Under the pieces are notes generated by a model. The model did not search any database. It was given only the letters and a program-made list of their open reading frames with translations, and was not told where the DNA came from. From Schizosaccharomyces osmophilus (taxonomy: Eukaryota), in contig NC_079238.1 of NCBI RefSeq assembly GCF_027921745.1, forward strand, positions 4,960,001 through 5,024,000: a stretch of 64,000 bases of DNA, given 5' to 3'. The translations under genes were made by a program, and so were the position numbers. The stretch's first letter is position 1. Every line of letters begins with the position of its first letter. Below, piece after piece: positions 51,520-63,900 of this stretch.

Positions 51520-52731
51520 TCAGTTTGATGGATCATGAAAAGATCCTCGTTTTGACAATGCAATGTCGGAAAAGACAGAATTGGAGGAACTGTTTTTCGA
51601 CAAACTCCAGTTTGTGAAAGCAGATCCTGGGCGCTGAAGACCGGCCTGTTCCCTCTGCTCGTCATTCCACCCCAAGACCGAGGAAATGAGCTGCAAGATT
51701 TCAAAACGCTTTGTGTCTGCCCGTGGTAAAGTAAGAAACGATACAAACAAATTTGAGATAAGTTGTTTATCAATTTTTTCTGAGCTATCACCTTCTTTTA
51801 GCATACAAAGAGCTTTTGTAAGATGCTCATTAAGAATAACAGCCTCGTGTTGTAGTTTTCCGATTAAAAGTGATTTTTCTCGTAGCTCTTGCTCCAAATC
51901 TGACACTTTGGAAATCCGAAGGTCAGCTTGACGTAGTTGTTCTTCTAAGGAACTGAAAGCAGATTCTTTAGCAGCAAATGTTTCTGATAGTTCATCCAAA
52001 CTGGTTTGATAGGTAATTTGTAACTCACTCTTGTCCTCTAAATGTTGCTCTCTGAGAGCATCCAGTTCTATTTCGAGTTTATGCTGCTTGGTAAGGTACC
52101 CTTGAATCTCTTTCTGGTAGTGTTCTTGCCGTTCAGTTTCTCCCATCAACTGCTCTTCGTAATCGGCAAGACGAGCTGCTAAAGATTCTTGCATTTCATG
52201 CTCATCTTTTGCTCTTCTTTCCCATTGTCTTACTTGTGTATTCAAGTTTTGGCTCTCTTTGGCCAGTACATCGTTCTGAGTCTGCATCTGCTTCATTTTT
52301 TCTTGGAGACTTCTCGTTTGCAGCGACAAACTTTCGGATTCTTCATTGTTAAGTTTCAGTGCATCCTCAGCTTCCTGCAATGATTCCTCTAGCTTTTGGA
52401 TCTGCGCCCGGCTTTGCGCAAGGGCCTGCGAGTCTTTTTTTAAGCGTTCGCCTAGAGTTATCTTGATTCCTGAAACTTTTGACACAAGGTTTGAGTGTTG
52501 CTTCTTCAAGGATTCGTAAGATGCTTGCAATTGCTGTAGATTCTTCTCCTTTTTCTCAAGTTCGGTTTTCAACTCTTCTGCATTCATTTCCTGCGCAGTT
52601 TTCACGGGACTTTCGGGATTCACATCAACAGGACTTTCTACATTTTGTTCTTCAATCCTTAAGTTTCCTAACTCCTCTGAAATACGCCCATTCTCTGTTG
52701 ATTCGGTCTGTTTTCCTGCATCCTGTGCCAT
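51520..52731 (-). CDS. rud3: Golgin with C-terminal GRAB domain
   Basis: Long coiled coil then IGKLQHEAVILNEHLTKAL, IDKQLISNLFVSFL, RFEILQLISSVLGW. Confidence 0.88.
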   Translation of the reverse strand: MAQDAGKQTESTENGRISEELGNLRIEEQNVESPVDVNPESPVKTAQEMNAEELKTELEKKEKNLQQLQASYESLKKQHSNLVSKVSGIKITLGERLKKDSQALAQSRAQIQKLEESLQEAEDALKLNNEESESLSLQTRSLQEKMKQMQTQNDVLAKESQNLNTQVRQWERRAKDEHEMQESLAARLADYEEQLMGETERQEHYQKEIQGYLTKQHKLEIELDALREQHLEDKSELQITYQTSLDELSETFAAKESAFSSLEEQLRQADLRISKVSDLEQELREKSLLIGKLQHEAVILNEHLTKALCMLKEGDSSEKIDKQLISNLFVSFLTLPRADTKRFEILQLISSVLGWNDEQREQAGLQRPGSAFTNWSLSKNSSSNSVFSDIALSKRGSFHDPSN

Positions 52732-53328
52732 TCCTCTGTTTGGTTTGAATAACGAACTCTAATGTGCTTTACATGCTTGCTACTACCACACTTTTTGGTG
52801 GTGAGTTGTACTTCAAGTGCCAAGTAACAGATTCCTGTTGCTGTAGAGTACAAGTGTGCGAGATCTACCGTTAACAAAACACCTTGAAGATTGTCTGGCT
52901 GCCGGAAGCGTTGAGGAATTTAAGTTCAAATTGAAAGAAGTAAATCATTCGTATTACTTTTACAATAGAATTTTTGCGGGCCGAAAACGCTGAATTTTGA
53001 GGGAGAATCTCCTCGTCGTGTAGTTAAAAGAAGGTCTGGTTAATATAATTTATCTTTTTGCATTCGACCCTTGTTCTCAATAAGAATTCAGGAGCTTTGG
53101 ACTGATTTCGGACAGTAATACCTTTGTACTCTACGGTCGTATCTCTTGACGACTCGTGTTTGTTGGAATTCACTGTGTGTAACATACGTATGGGTGTTTT
53201 TTAAACAATCTTTTATACTTTTACTGTACCAATACATTGCTCAGTTTGCCAACATTTCAAAAAGGAGTTTGATCTGTATCTTATCACCAATTATTGCATT
53301 ACTCTTTTATTTATTCGTGTTAGGTTTA

Positions 53329-54411
53329 ATGGCGAAAAGACATAGAACTGATGATAGTGATTCGGATTCAAACGATTCCGCTTCCTATTATCACCGGAAA
53401 AGAAAACATTCTCATCGCCCCCGAGATTATCATGGACCCGCAAAGAATGTCTGCATTCTTGAACGAAAAACTCAAAAATTAACATCACTTATTAAACATT
53501 ATTTGGAAGAATCAAAACGATCTACCAAAGATGATATCACTGCCGTCCTACCTGGCTATGCTTATGGTAGTTTGGAAGGTCTTTATGAAATATTAAAAAG
53601 TCGTAACAGCAATTTACAGTCAGGTACTTCAAAACCCCCGAATTTACCTACTTATGAAGTGAACCCTTCTTTACCTGTTTCTGAAAATAATACAGCTAAC
53701 CAAGAACAAGAAGAAGGAGAATACCCTCCACCCCTACCAGATCTGCATTCAGACAAGCTTCGAAGACAAGTTTTTACCCATATTTCGCGAGCCTATGAAC
53801 TCTACCCAAACCAGTCAAATCCTAGCGAGCTTCTTGATATTCATAACGAAAGGCTCGAATTCCTTGGCGATAGTTTCTTCAATATGTTTACCACGAGAAT
53901 AATTTTCAAGTCATTTCCTCAAATGGATGAGGGCAATTTATCGAAACTTCGAGCCAAGTTTGTAGGAAACGAATGTGCTGATCAGTTTGCTCGATTGTAT
54001 GGTTTTGACAAAAGGCTTGTACTAAGCTATTCTGCCGAAAAAGATCAACTTCGAAAATCACAGAAGGTGATTGCAGATACTTTCGAAGCTTACGTTGGTG
54101 CATTAATTCTTGACAATCAAGAAGAGACTGCATTCAATTGGATACGACAGCTACTTGATCCTAAAATAAAGAGTACTATTGTTCAAGGGCCTATAGATAA
54201 ACTTGCCAAGTCAAAGCTATTTCACAAATACAGCACCCAAGGTCACATAGAGTATCGTTGGGTCGATGGAGCAGGAGGTTCTTCTGAAGGATATATAATA
54301 GCGTGTATATTTAACGGTAAAGAAATTGCTCGAGCTTGGGGAGCAAACCAAAAGGATGCTGGTTCACGAGCCGCTATGGAAGCTTTAAAGGTTCTTCCAA
54401 AAGGAAGGTGA
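53329..54411 (+). CDS. pac1: RNase III family double-stranded RNase
   Basis: HNERLEFLGDS signature, ADTFEAYVGA, C-terminal dsRBD. First ATG at 53329. Confidence 0.95.
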   Translation: MAKRHRTDDSDSDSNDSASYYHRKRKHSHRPRDYHGPAKNVCILERKTQKLTSLIKHYLEESKRSTKDDITAVLPGYAYGSLEGLYEILKSRNSNLQSGTSKPPNLPTYEVNPSLPVSENNTANQEQEEGEYPPPLPDLHSDKLRRQVFTHISRAYELYPNQSNPSELLDIHNERLEFLGDSFFNMFTTRIIFKSFPQMDEGNLSKLRAKFVGNECADQFARLYGFDKRLVLSYSAEKDQLRKSQKVIADTFEAYVGALILDNQEETAFNWIRQLLDPKIKSTIVQGPIDKLAKSKLFHKYSTQGHIEYRWVDGAGGSSEGYIIACIFNGKEIARAWGANQKDAGSRAAMEALKVLPKGR

Positions 54412-54883
54412 CAATCCTTCGTGAAATGATAACATTTGTCTCATTTCCAGATTTTAGTTGTCCTCCACCTTTGTCCTTTAAAATTCCTAGATGTGCCATC
54501 CAAAACTCAATTTTGTCATTTATTTTTATTATTTACTTTTGGAATAATAGGTTTTGTAAGCATAATACATTCTTTATACTTATTACGATTATTATTTTAA
54601 AAAAAGTAAATTACCATCTTTATTGTCAAGGCTTGAGTTTTAAAAACGCAGCATAATATTTTTGAAAGACTAGATTTCCTAAAGAACAGCTACGGACTCT
54701 AAGAACAAGTATTGATTCCTTTCGCGTCTTTCTAACGAGTATCGAAAACGAAAGTTATAAGAAAACCAAAAATTCACAAGAAAGTTTTTTTTCCAATTAT
54801 CGTATAGAGTGGTGGTATTATGGTCTAATTTACATATCATCACAATGTTTTTAGGAGCTAGGATGCTAGACAACGAAAACATC

Positions 54884-56560
54884 TTAGTCAAGGTGAGCAA
54901 CGTGAGAAGCCTGGAAACGACCAGAAGGATCAGCAGGACAACCCCATTCTGCCTTGGGAATCCAGCGCATAACTGTGTCGGCACATTGCGCAGGGAAGAT
55001 TTCGTCAAACATTTTACGGTACCAGTAAGCTTCCTTAGTATCAGGAATATCGCTGCCCCATTCCTTTCTAGGTACAGCGAATTCTTCATCTGATACAGCC
55101 AACTCAGCGGTATCCTTCAAAGCATCAATCCAAGAGTAACCGACACCATCTGAAAATTGTTCCTTTTGTCTCCAAAGAATGTCTTCGGGTAGGTATGGTT
55201 TGACATTTGGCTCATCGGATGTATCGAAGGCCTTACGGATGATGTGCTTCTCTTTACGGCCGTTAATGTACATCTTTTCTTTAGGATCAACGTTAAGAGT
55301 GACTTCCAAGAAATCCTTGTCCAAGAAGGGAACACGAGCTTCAAGACCCCAAGCCATGGTGGATTTGTTGGCACGCAAACAATCAGCCAAGTGCAAGCCC
55401 TTGACACGGCGAACGCATTCAGAATGGAAATCAGCAGGACTAGGAGCGTTGCCAAAGTAAAGATAACCGCCGAAGATTTCATCAGAACCTTCACCAGACA
55501 AGACCATTTTAACACCTTGGGCCTTGATTTTACGAGAAAGCAAGTACATGGGTGTACTGGCACGAATAGTAGTAACATCATAAGTTTCAAGATGGAAAAT
55601 AACATCACGAAGGGCGTCGAGACCTTCGTCGATGGTGAAGGTGTGTTCATGGTGGATGGTGCCCAAAAACTCGGCGACCTTACGAGCGGCAAGCAAGTCA
55701 GGAGAGCCTGGCAAACCGATAGCAAAGGAGTGAACCTTGGGCCAAGACATGATAGTACGGGCTTCTTCACTTTCAGTATCTTTGCTATTAACAATCTTTT
55801 CAGTTTCGCGAACAGCAATAGATGCAATCAAGCTAGAGTCCAAACCACCAGAGAGAAGAACACCATAAGGAACCTCGGCCATAAGACGCTTGCGGACAGC
55901 AGCTTCCAAAGAGTCACGAAGAAGCTTATAGTCGACGGGATTAGTGGGGATGCGGTCTTCATCCCACCAGGAGGGGTTGAAATAACGAACGGCTTGGTTG
56001 GTTTCCGAATCATAGTAATGACCAGGAGGGAAAGCAATAATTTTGTCACAGACAGGATGCAAAGCCTTCAACTCAGAAGCAAAGTGCACAGTTTCGGGAC
56101 TTTGAGAGTTGAAACCTTGATACAAAGTGGTAATACCAATGGGGTCACGAGCAGCAACCACTTTGTCCTTGTTTTGGTCATACAAGACAAAAGAAAACAT
56201 ACCATCGAGGAGGTCAGCACAAGCGGCGCCATGTTCCTGGTATAAGTACAGAATGACTTCACAATCGGAGTGAGTTCTAAAGTTGTAAGAGTTCTTCAAA
56301 GACTGGCGCAATTGAAGGTGATTGTAAATTTCACCGTTGACAGAGAGAACCAGCTTACCATCCTCAGAGGTAATGGGTTGGGCACCACTGTCGACACCGA
56401 CAATGGCCAAGCGCTCATGGCAAAGAATAGTTTTGTTACGAATAGCTTTACCAGACCAATCTGGCCCACGATGGCGCAATTGTTTTGACAAGTAAAGAGC
56501 CTTGGGCTTGAAGGCTTCAATATCCTCAGCAACACGATGAACGGCTAGAATACCACACAT
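54884..56560 (-). CDS. asn1: Glutamine-dependent asparagine synthetase
   Basis: MCGI N-terminal nucleophile, [32 protein letters not shown]. Confidence 0.97.
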   Translation of the reverse strand: MCGILAVHRVAEDIEAFKPKALYLSKQLRHRGPDWSGKAIRNKTILCHERLAIVGVDSGAQPITSEDGKLVLSVNGEIYNHLQLRQSLKNSYNFRTHSDCEVILYLYQEHGAACADLLDGMFSFVLYDQNKDKVVAARDPIGITTLYQGFNSQSPETVHFASELKALHPVCDKIIAFPPGHYYDSETNQAVRYFNPSWWDEDRIPTNPVDYKLLRDSLEAAVRKRLMAEVPYGVLLSGGLDSSLIASIAVRETEKIVNSKDTESEEARTIMSWPKVHSFAIGLPGSPDLLAARKVAEFLGTIHHEHTFTIDEGLDALRDVIFHLETYDVTTIRASTPMYLLSRKIKAQGVKMVLSGEGSDEIFGGYLYFGNAPSPADFHSECVRRVKGLHLADCLRANKSTMAWGLEARVPFLDKDFLEVTLNVDPKEKMYINGRKEKHIIRKAFDTSDEPNVKPYLPEDILWRQKEQFSDGVGYSWIDALKDTAELAVSDEEFAVPRKEWGSDIPDTKEAYWYRKMFDEIFPAQCADTVMRWIPKAEWGCPADPSGRFQASHVAHLD

Positions 56561-57599
56561 ATTCCTAAATTACTACAAGACAAGCAATTGGGGTTTAAAT
56601 TTGTTTCTTTGTATTATCCACGACAAAACAGGTGTTTATAAACGGGATTATTAATTTTTCGCAGATTTGCTTACAGGACCGAATTATCCGAATTATCCGC
56701 CGGACGAACGATAATACTTCTAACCAAAAAAAAAAATTGGCGATTTAGTTTCAATACAATTACCTAAAATGACAGTGTTATGGTAAAGGACAAGTTTTAA
56801 TTCCCTTTATGAGATTTCTATATTGAATCAGTGATGATCACAGATGTAACGATAAAACCCGATACCTTCTACATCAGTAAATTGCTGTAGATAAGAATAA
56901 GGCGGTACAAGGAATACAAACAATACGAATTTGTGAATCGATCAAATACCTTATATAAATACGACAGCTCCAAACAACCTACCGTAAAATAGATAACGTA
57001 TTGGACCAATCCGTGTCAAAGTTAAAGGTAATCCGATAAAAGACACTTAATCATATGATTGCGCCACTACGAAGAACCACGTTAATTCAGCCCGTTCTAT
57101 ACGAATCCATGGCACCATATTTTTACCTTTAGCTTCTACTTCCCATTTGCATTGTGCACAAATAAAGCCAAAAAAGTGCCATTGACGAAGGATTTTTGAA
57201 ATTTTTGTGGATATATAAATCTATCAGACTTGAAATACCTTAGATTCGTTGTTTTTTGAACGAAATCACTTGTATATTCATTGAGTTTGCGTCGTCGAAA
57301 GGTTTGGTAAACATTCATTCCTATCATCAAGCGACCGAATTTATTTGTTGTTTTCAGTTCCTAAACTGAGTTACATTTCATTTGTTTGTTTGGAAATTTC
57401 CTAATTGCAGAATCTTCGGTTCAAACCCTTTTCACTGGGTACATTAAGTCAATTTCTCTTTTGTTGACTAGCGCTTGTCTTTTCGAACTCTTTTATCTAT
57501 CTATACGGTATAGTCGTTTCTCTTCTTTTCTACTGTGCCGTCTTTAGCGAAAGCTATCTATTTTACTCCCTTTTTATTTTCCCTCCAATTTGACTCATT

Positions 57600-58268
57600 A
57601 TGGGCAGCAGCAGTCGTAGAAGATCCTCTTCCTTGGTCACCAAGGTACCGAATCCAACCATTGATGACCGATTGGATCAAGGATCTGCCACTAATTATAA
57701 CTCCAATTGGGTGAACTATAAAGGTATGCATAGATGATTGAACGGGCTTTGTGTATTCTTCTGCGTTCTGCACTCATGCTCTCGTCCTCATCCTCATCCT
57801 GTATTATGTATTATGTAAACTAACTAATTTTTAGGTGCTTGGATCATTCACATAGTTCTGATTGCAGCTCTCCGTCTTGTATTCCACGCAGTTCCATCCG
57901 TCTCTCGTGAGCTTGCCTGGACTCTCACCAACTTGACATATATGGCTGGATCGTTCACGATGTTTCACTGGGTAACCGGCACCCCTTTTGAATTCAATGG
58001 CGGTGCCTACGATCGACTTACAATGTGGGAACAACTTGATGAAGGAAATCAATATACTCCAGCACGGAAATATTTGCTGGTCTTGCCCATTATCTTGTTT
58101 CTTTTGAGCACTCATTACACTCATTATAACGGTTGGATGTTTTTGGTCAATATATGGGCTCTTTTCATGGTATTGATTCCAAAACTCCCTGCCGTTCACA
58201 GAAAACGAATTTTCGGTATACAGAAATTTGCCCTTCATGACGACGAAAGTGAGACCGTATCTCGTTAG
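57600..58268 (+). CDS. orm1: ORM/ORMDL sphingolipid regulator; intron 57724-57834
   Basis: NYNSNWVNYKGAWIIH, FHWVTGTPF, LTMWEQLD, PKLPAVHRKRIFGI. Confidence 0.95.
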
Positions 58269-59166
58269 ATTTGGAAATCTCCATTCACGTTTAACTTTTT
58301 TATTCCCGCGTTGATGCATCTGCTGTCTTGAAGTATTCACTGTTTGATTCACTGTTTTCTTTTCTTTCTTCCCGGATTTTCCATGAGGGTATCACCAGTA
58401 TCTCCTATGAATCTGTTAAACAACTTAAAAAATAGATTTTCTTTGATGACTCATTGTTTGACGTTGATTGTTTACTTATATATTCTTCTTTTCTATCCCT
58501 GATGTTTTTTTTTTTTTTACTTCAGTCTAACTTAGAAAATTGCTTTTATCATTTACCGTAAGGTTAAAAGACCGTTTTAAGCTCGCCGTAAGCCCTTTTC
58601 GTTGATTGTTTTCTCATTCTTCTCTTAATATCTGTTAGTTTAAAGTGTTTCTTTCAGGCGTCCCTAAAATGAAGGATAAAAGAAGTTGAAGTAGAAAAAC
58701 AAAAAAAAGAGGAAAAAAACTGACTTTTGTTTTGGAAGTTTATAAATCTCCATAGTCTGATAGAGGGTTAACACAATTGGCCCTCACATGTTTTTGAGTC
58801 AATAAATAATATTAATGTTTTTCCTGCATTTTTATTCATACGAGTTGAGTTCTACACAGTTTCTACTAGTATTTACTCGTTTGAATATAATTATTCTGTA
58901 ATTGAATGTATTGAATCCTTGCATGTCCCTACAAGGAAATATTGATTAAGCATGCGAAAAAAGTATTTAATATGAAGTCGTAGATGATAATGCAACCGTG
59001 GGGAATGAAAATGCTATGCAATGAGCGTAATGAACTAAATGTAACCACATGGACTAAGAGGGACAGTATTGAGGGCTTTAATGCGAAAAGAACGGTGCAA
59101 AGAAGAGTGACCGGAAATAAACCAATATACAAACATGAGAAACATCAGATAAACGAATAAAACCAA

Positions 59167-60726
59167 TTATTTCCTTGGAGGAACTCCACGATAACTGGCT
59201 TGATGTTGAGCAGCCATCATCTCATTTAAATGGGCTGGGCTACCATTTTTGCCAACATGGGGTTGTTGATAAGTGCCGTTCATATGGTTGGTAAAAGGGT
59301 TTCCATAAACAATATTTTGAGTGGATTGGGGAACTGAAATACTTGGATGAGGTTGTAAGGGGGTACGACGACGTACCTTATGGCGGAACTTCAAAACTTC
59401 GTCTAATATTTCACGTTTCAGATCTTTGATGTCTTCGAGAGATTCAAAGCTAAAATCAAAATTAAAATCGCATACGGGTTCATCAGTTGGATCATGCCAA
59501 ACAGCCAAATAGGGATGTTCCAAAGCCTCCTCAACAGAAATACGCCTTTGGGGATCAAATTCCAACAATTTCGAAAGTAAATCGAGAGCTAGAGGGTTTG
59601 CTCTAGGGAAATTAACTTGAAAAGGAATTGGTTTTTGTTTGGGGAGGCTTTTCACATAATCACGAGCGCGGGAACTGCTAATATGTGAAAGCGTTTCGTT
59701 ATCAGGTGTTCCAAGTTGATGCAAAATCAAATTCAGCTGATGGACATAATCTTTTCCTTTAAACAAAGGGGTACCACCTAAAAGCTCAGCTAAAATGCAT
59801 CCCACACTCCATACGTCCACGCCTTTGTGATAACTGCTAAAAGAAAGCATAATCTCCGGAGCTCTGTACCATCTAGTAGCTACATATTCAGTCATAAAAC
59901 CAAGATTTTCGTCGGCGTTTTCGGTACAACCACGAGCTAAACCAAAATCGCAGATCTTAAGTTCACAATCTGCGTTAACTAACAAATTACCCGGCTTTAA
60001 ATCGCGGTGAATTACATTAGCCGAATGAATGTATTTCAAACCGCACAGAATTTGATAGATAAAAGACTGAAAATGAGCGTCTGTTAAAGGTTGACCGGAC
60101 TTAATGATAGCATTTAAATCGGCTTCCATCTATTCCATTATTAGTAAGCAGCACTGGGAAAAGATTTCCGGATGAGTTACGCCATCTTAATTTGAACATA
60201 CCAATTCCTCGTAAATATATACTTCATTGAAGTTATAAGGGTTGATGATGTCCAGATCGTAAATGCAAGTAATCTAGATGGTTAATTATCGTGTTCATAA
60301 GCAAATCAATAACTAAAGCTCCATTATGATTCCTATTTCTCCCATGGAGCGATGTTTTCACTTCATACGTTTCGATGATTGCGCATATGAATCAATAGCT
60401 TGATTTCTCGAAGAGCACGTTTTGTTAAAATGGGTTTAGAGAAGACATTGGTAATCTTCTTAATGGCGACTGCCTCTTGGTCTTTACTCGCTACGTTTCG
60501 AGCCGCACAAACAATTCCGTATGCACCTTGACCCAACTCTTTAACAACCTCAAAATGGTTAGCTTTAGGCTTTCTACACACTATACTCACGAAAAAACCT
60601 ATCTAACTCCGTAACAAAGCCCACAAGGTAATTTCTTTGGCATTTCAGTCGCTTTCATACCTTAAAATTTGGTTCAACATACATCTCTTGATTGAACACT
60701 CGATATACTCGATGTCGACGATCCAT
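59167..60726 (-). CDS. pmk1: Cell-integrity MAP kinase (TEY); exons 60726-60661, 60548-60369, 60273-60202, 60129-59167
   Basis: [41 protein letters not shown]. Confidence 0.96.
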
Positions 60727-60937
60727 ATTGACCAGAAATATAAAAAAAGAACGACTAGTAAGTTTGGAGAAAGGTTCGTTCTTAATCACTGGTCTTAGAT
60801 GGTTTAATGCTCAGTTGACCTCAGTAACCGGGTTAACGAAACGCAGCATTGAATTCTCGAAACAAAAAAATCGAGAGGAAGTAAGACGGAGGAATTGTTA
60901 AATCAAAAGCTATTTGTATTGTATTCATAACTTTTTT

Positions 60938-63900
60938 TTAAGTCCATAACTCTAGAGTCCCCGATGCGTCAATAAGTAGTGTAAGAGCATAAGGCCGGTA
61001 AAGGAAAGCTATGTCAACAATGGGATAGAAGCGGTTTTCATTAGGAAGATACTTTTGCTGTTGAAGAAACAAAAGTGGTCGAGAAACACCTGAGGACTTC
61101 GGCCGGACCTGTGACGGTTCTACTGTTCGTAGTTGTACTGGAGGTGCATTCTGCAGAGTTGAAATTTTGGCTGTTTCAGTAATGTTGGTAATTGACAGGT
61201 TTTTAGACGGATTGCTCGTATCCCACATGTAGGCATGAGGACTTCCAGGAGAGACGACGACAAATAGAATCTTTCTTTCCGTTTGGGTTATCGTTGAGTC
61301 CTTCTGGTAGTAAACAGGGACTGACAAGCATGGCCATCCTGAATGATACACCTGAGGATCCTCTTGGGATGAATCATTCAAGTTATTTTGGGGAGGATCG
61401 CGAAGCCAGGACTGTTGGCGCAATTTCGAATCATTTGCATCATCGAGTTCCTGGTGTGTAGGAAATGGAGGCGGCACATCGGATTCCCAATTATCCAAAA
61501 ACATTTCTTCACATTTTCCTCGCTCGACATCAAAAATCAAAACCCCGGATGATAAACGATTCATTTCCTCGAATGAATTATCTTCAAAATCTTCAGTTTT
61601 TGTTTTTTCTCTTCTGTCTTTTCTCAGCCGACTAAAACTTATCGACACAGTCGTACATCCAAATACGGTAGAAATAGCTTTTACATCTTGGCTAGCGTTC
61701 CCTAGTACTGGTGTCGTCGGCCGTAAACTTTTAGAACTTCCGCTTGAGCTTCCCCCTAGTCCCATGGAGGATGGAGAGTCTATGTTTGGATTGTTAATCC
61801 CATCGCCGAACAGCGAAAATGCTGGTTCCTTTCTGAATCTTCCTGTCAAAAAATCGATTTTGTCTACTTTTGCTGATATCTTCCATGCTGTTGACAGAAT
61901 ATTGAAACGCAAATCCCACAACAGTAGCCAGCCTTTGGAAGTCCCTATAAGTGCCCATAGACATCCGTCAGAGACGGCAACTGAAGTGGCCGATCCACGG
62001 TCAATTGGCAACTGTATAGAAGCCAACGATTGCAAAGTTCCTGCTTCTAAATAGTAAAGCTTAGACCAAGCAGTTACTATTACTATGCGGATACTTCCGT
62101 CGTAAAAGTTTGCTGATTCCATTGATGTTATGGAATCATTGATGTCCATATTAGGAAGCCTGCTACTTGAAATAATTTTATGCTTTTGGTTGTAAACATC
62201 AAGCTGATGGACTTCAATAGATCCTTCTTGTGTAACAGATGCAAATGAATACGTATTTCCCATAAAGCATCCATTGACAACAGGAAACCGGCTTCTTTCT
62301 CCATTTCGACGAGTATGGCCATATGCCAATCGACATTCACACTTCCAAAGCGGAATTTGATGATCACTTTCAACCAATTGCCATGCCCGAACTAGCCCAT
62401 CTAATCCCAGTGTAACGAAAAACAAAGAATCAGGGCTTGCAATGATTCGCTTCATACCTCCCTCTTTGACATTTCCCAAATTCACCTGGGTAACACGGGA
62501 TCCCTCTGGTTGCCAGTCAGTCCCTTGTAAACCTTTATTCGATTGTTTGTTCGAGTTTGTAATTTTTCCTCTTCTGCGGAGTGAGATAGATGATGCCCAG
62601 CTAGGAGCGACGACAGGTCCAAAATCGACCGCAGCTACTGCAGCTTCGGCATAAATTTTATTAAGGTAGTTGGCTACATATGGGTTGCTTCCTGTATAAG
62701 AAGATTTCTTGGCGCCATCTCTTAAACTGAGTTCGTTCGCAACAAGGCCGAGTAACGTATTTGAGTTTGTCGACATAGTAGGACTTGACTGCTCTAGACC
62801 AGAAACCTTCGAGTCAACAGTTAAGCCATACTTGCCCATTCGCTTGTTTTTTCCAATTAATTCCCCTTCGACAGACGGTTCCCTGCTTAGTTGCTCATCG
62901 TTATTATGCATTCGATGTTGTATCAATTGAGTTGAAGACTCGTTGTCAGTAGAAAGCATAGAATTTTCCGTGGAATCAGTTCTTCTTCGCTGGTTAGTTG
63001 GTTTTCTGCGGTGCATGATTGCCTCAGACAAAGTATTAGCTTCGGAAGATTTGGATTTTTGGTGATGTTGCTTATCGTTTGCTCTTTCTTTCAACGACTT
63101 AGTAGTAGATCCAAACGCATTGGTCATGTCAGTTCCAACATAAGCTGCAGATTCAGGTGAAACCACATCTTCGGTTTGTGAATGCTTGGTGTGCGTGGAT
63201 TCTGCATATTTATTAACAACTGCTTCCACGTTTTCGGTTAATATATATGGTGAATAAGGAGCTTCAGGATTCCAAAATATCATCTCGGGCAATATGTGCA
63301 AAGGCGATTTGGGAGCTTCCTTTGATTGATTAAAAGCAAGCTCACTTTCCCGTTTTCTTATTAAAATTCCAGAGTTGGTAATCGTTCTAAATATGTATTC
63401 ACGAAGATTTCCAAGAATAAACAAATGCTCCTCCTTTATACCCATCTTCTGAATAATATCAATCCACTTGCGATCATTATTATTCAATTCGAGTGCTTCC
63501 GATGAAGTTAGTATCGTATGTCCCAAAATATAGAGCTTCTTTCTAGGTCGTAAATTTGAAATGAAATAATTTCCATTTTTTGTTCTCTCCGAACTCAGTT
63601 GTAAATCACCTATTTCATCATCATTGTTGGAAAGGTTAGGTGAGCGAACAGCCTTCCAAAATTCAGAGCTGTTGTCAGACTCAACAAACCAGTGTGTTAG
63701 TGTTGACCAAACTGAAGCCGGCACCATCGGAATAATAAAAAGATCGAGTTCTTCTAGACTATTTATGTCGTAAATAGGAGACAATAAATACGGAAGAAGC
63801 ACAGGCATTAAAATGCACTGTCGATCAACCTCTTCCAAACATTTGTAGGTGGAGTAAATTACTGAAAGGGTAGCCTTCCTAGTATAGATATTGGGTATTA

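Noticed and set aside
53146..53328. Hydrophobic N-terminal extension of Pac1 in the ORF track
   Set aside because: It begins at TTG and lies in T-rich 5' UTR-like sequence. The first ATG is at 53329. The same applies to the non-ATG extensions of gyp1, the OYE and the 42393 ORF.
55117..56245. Long overlapping ORFs on asn1 (333 aa antisense, 236 aa alternate frame)
   Set aside because: Expected shadows of a strongly codon-biased, highly expressed gene. No recognisable motifs.
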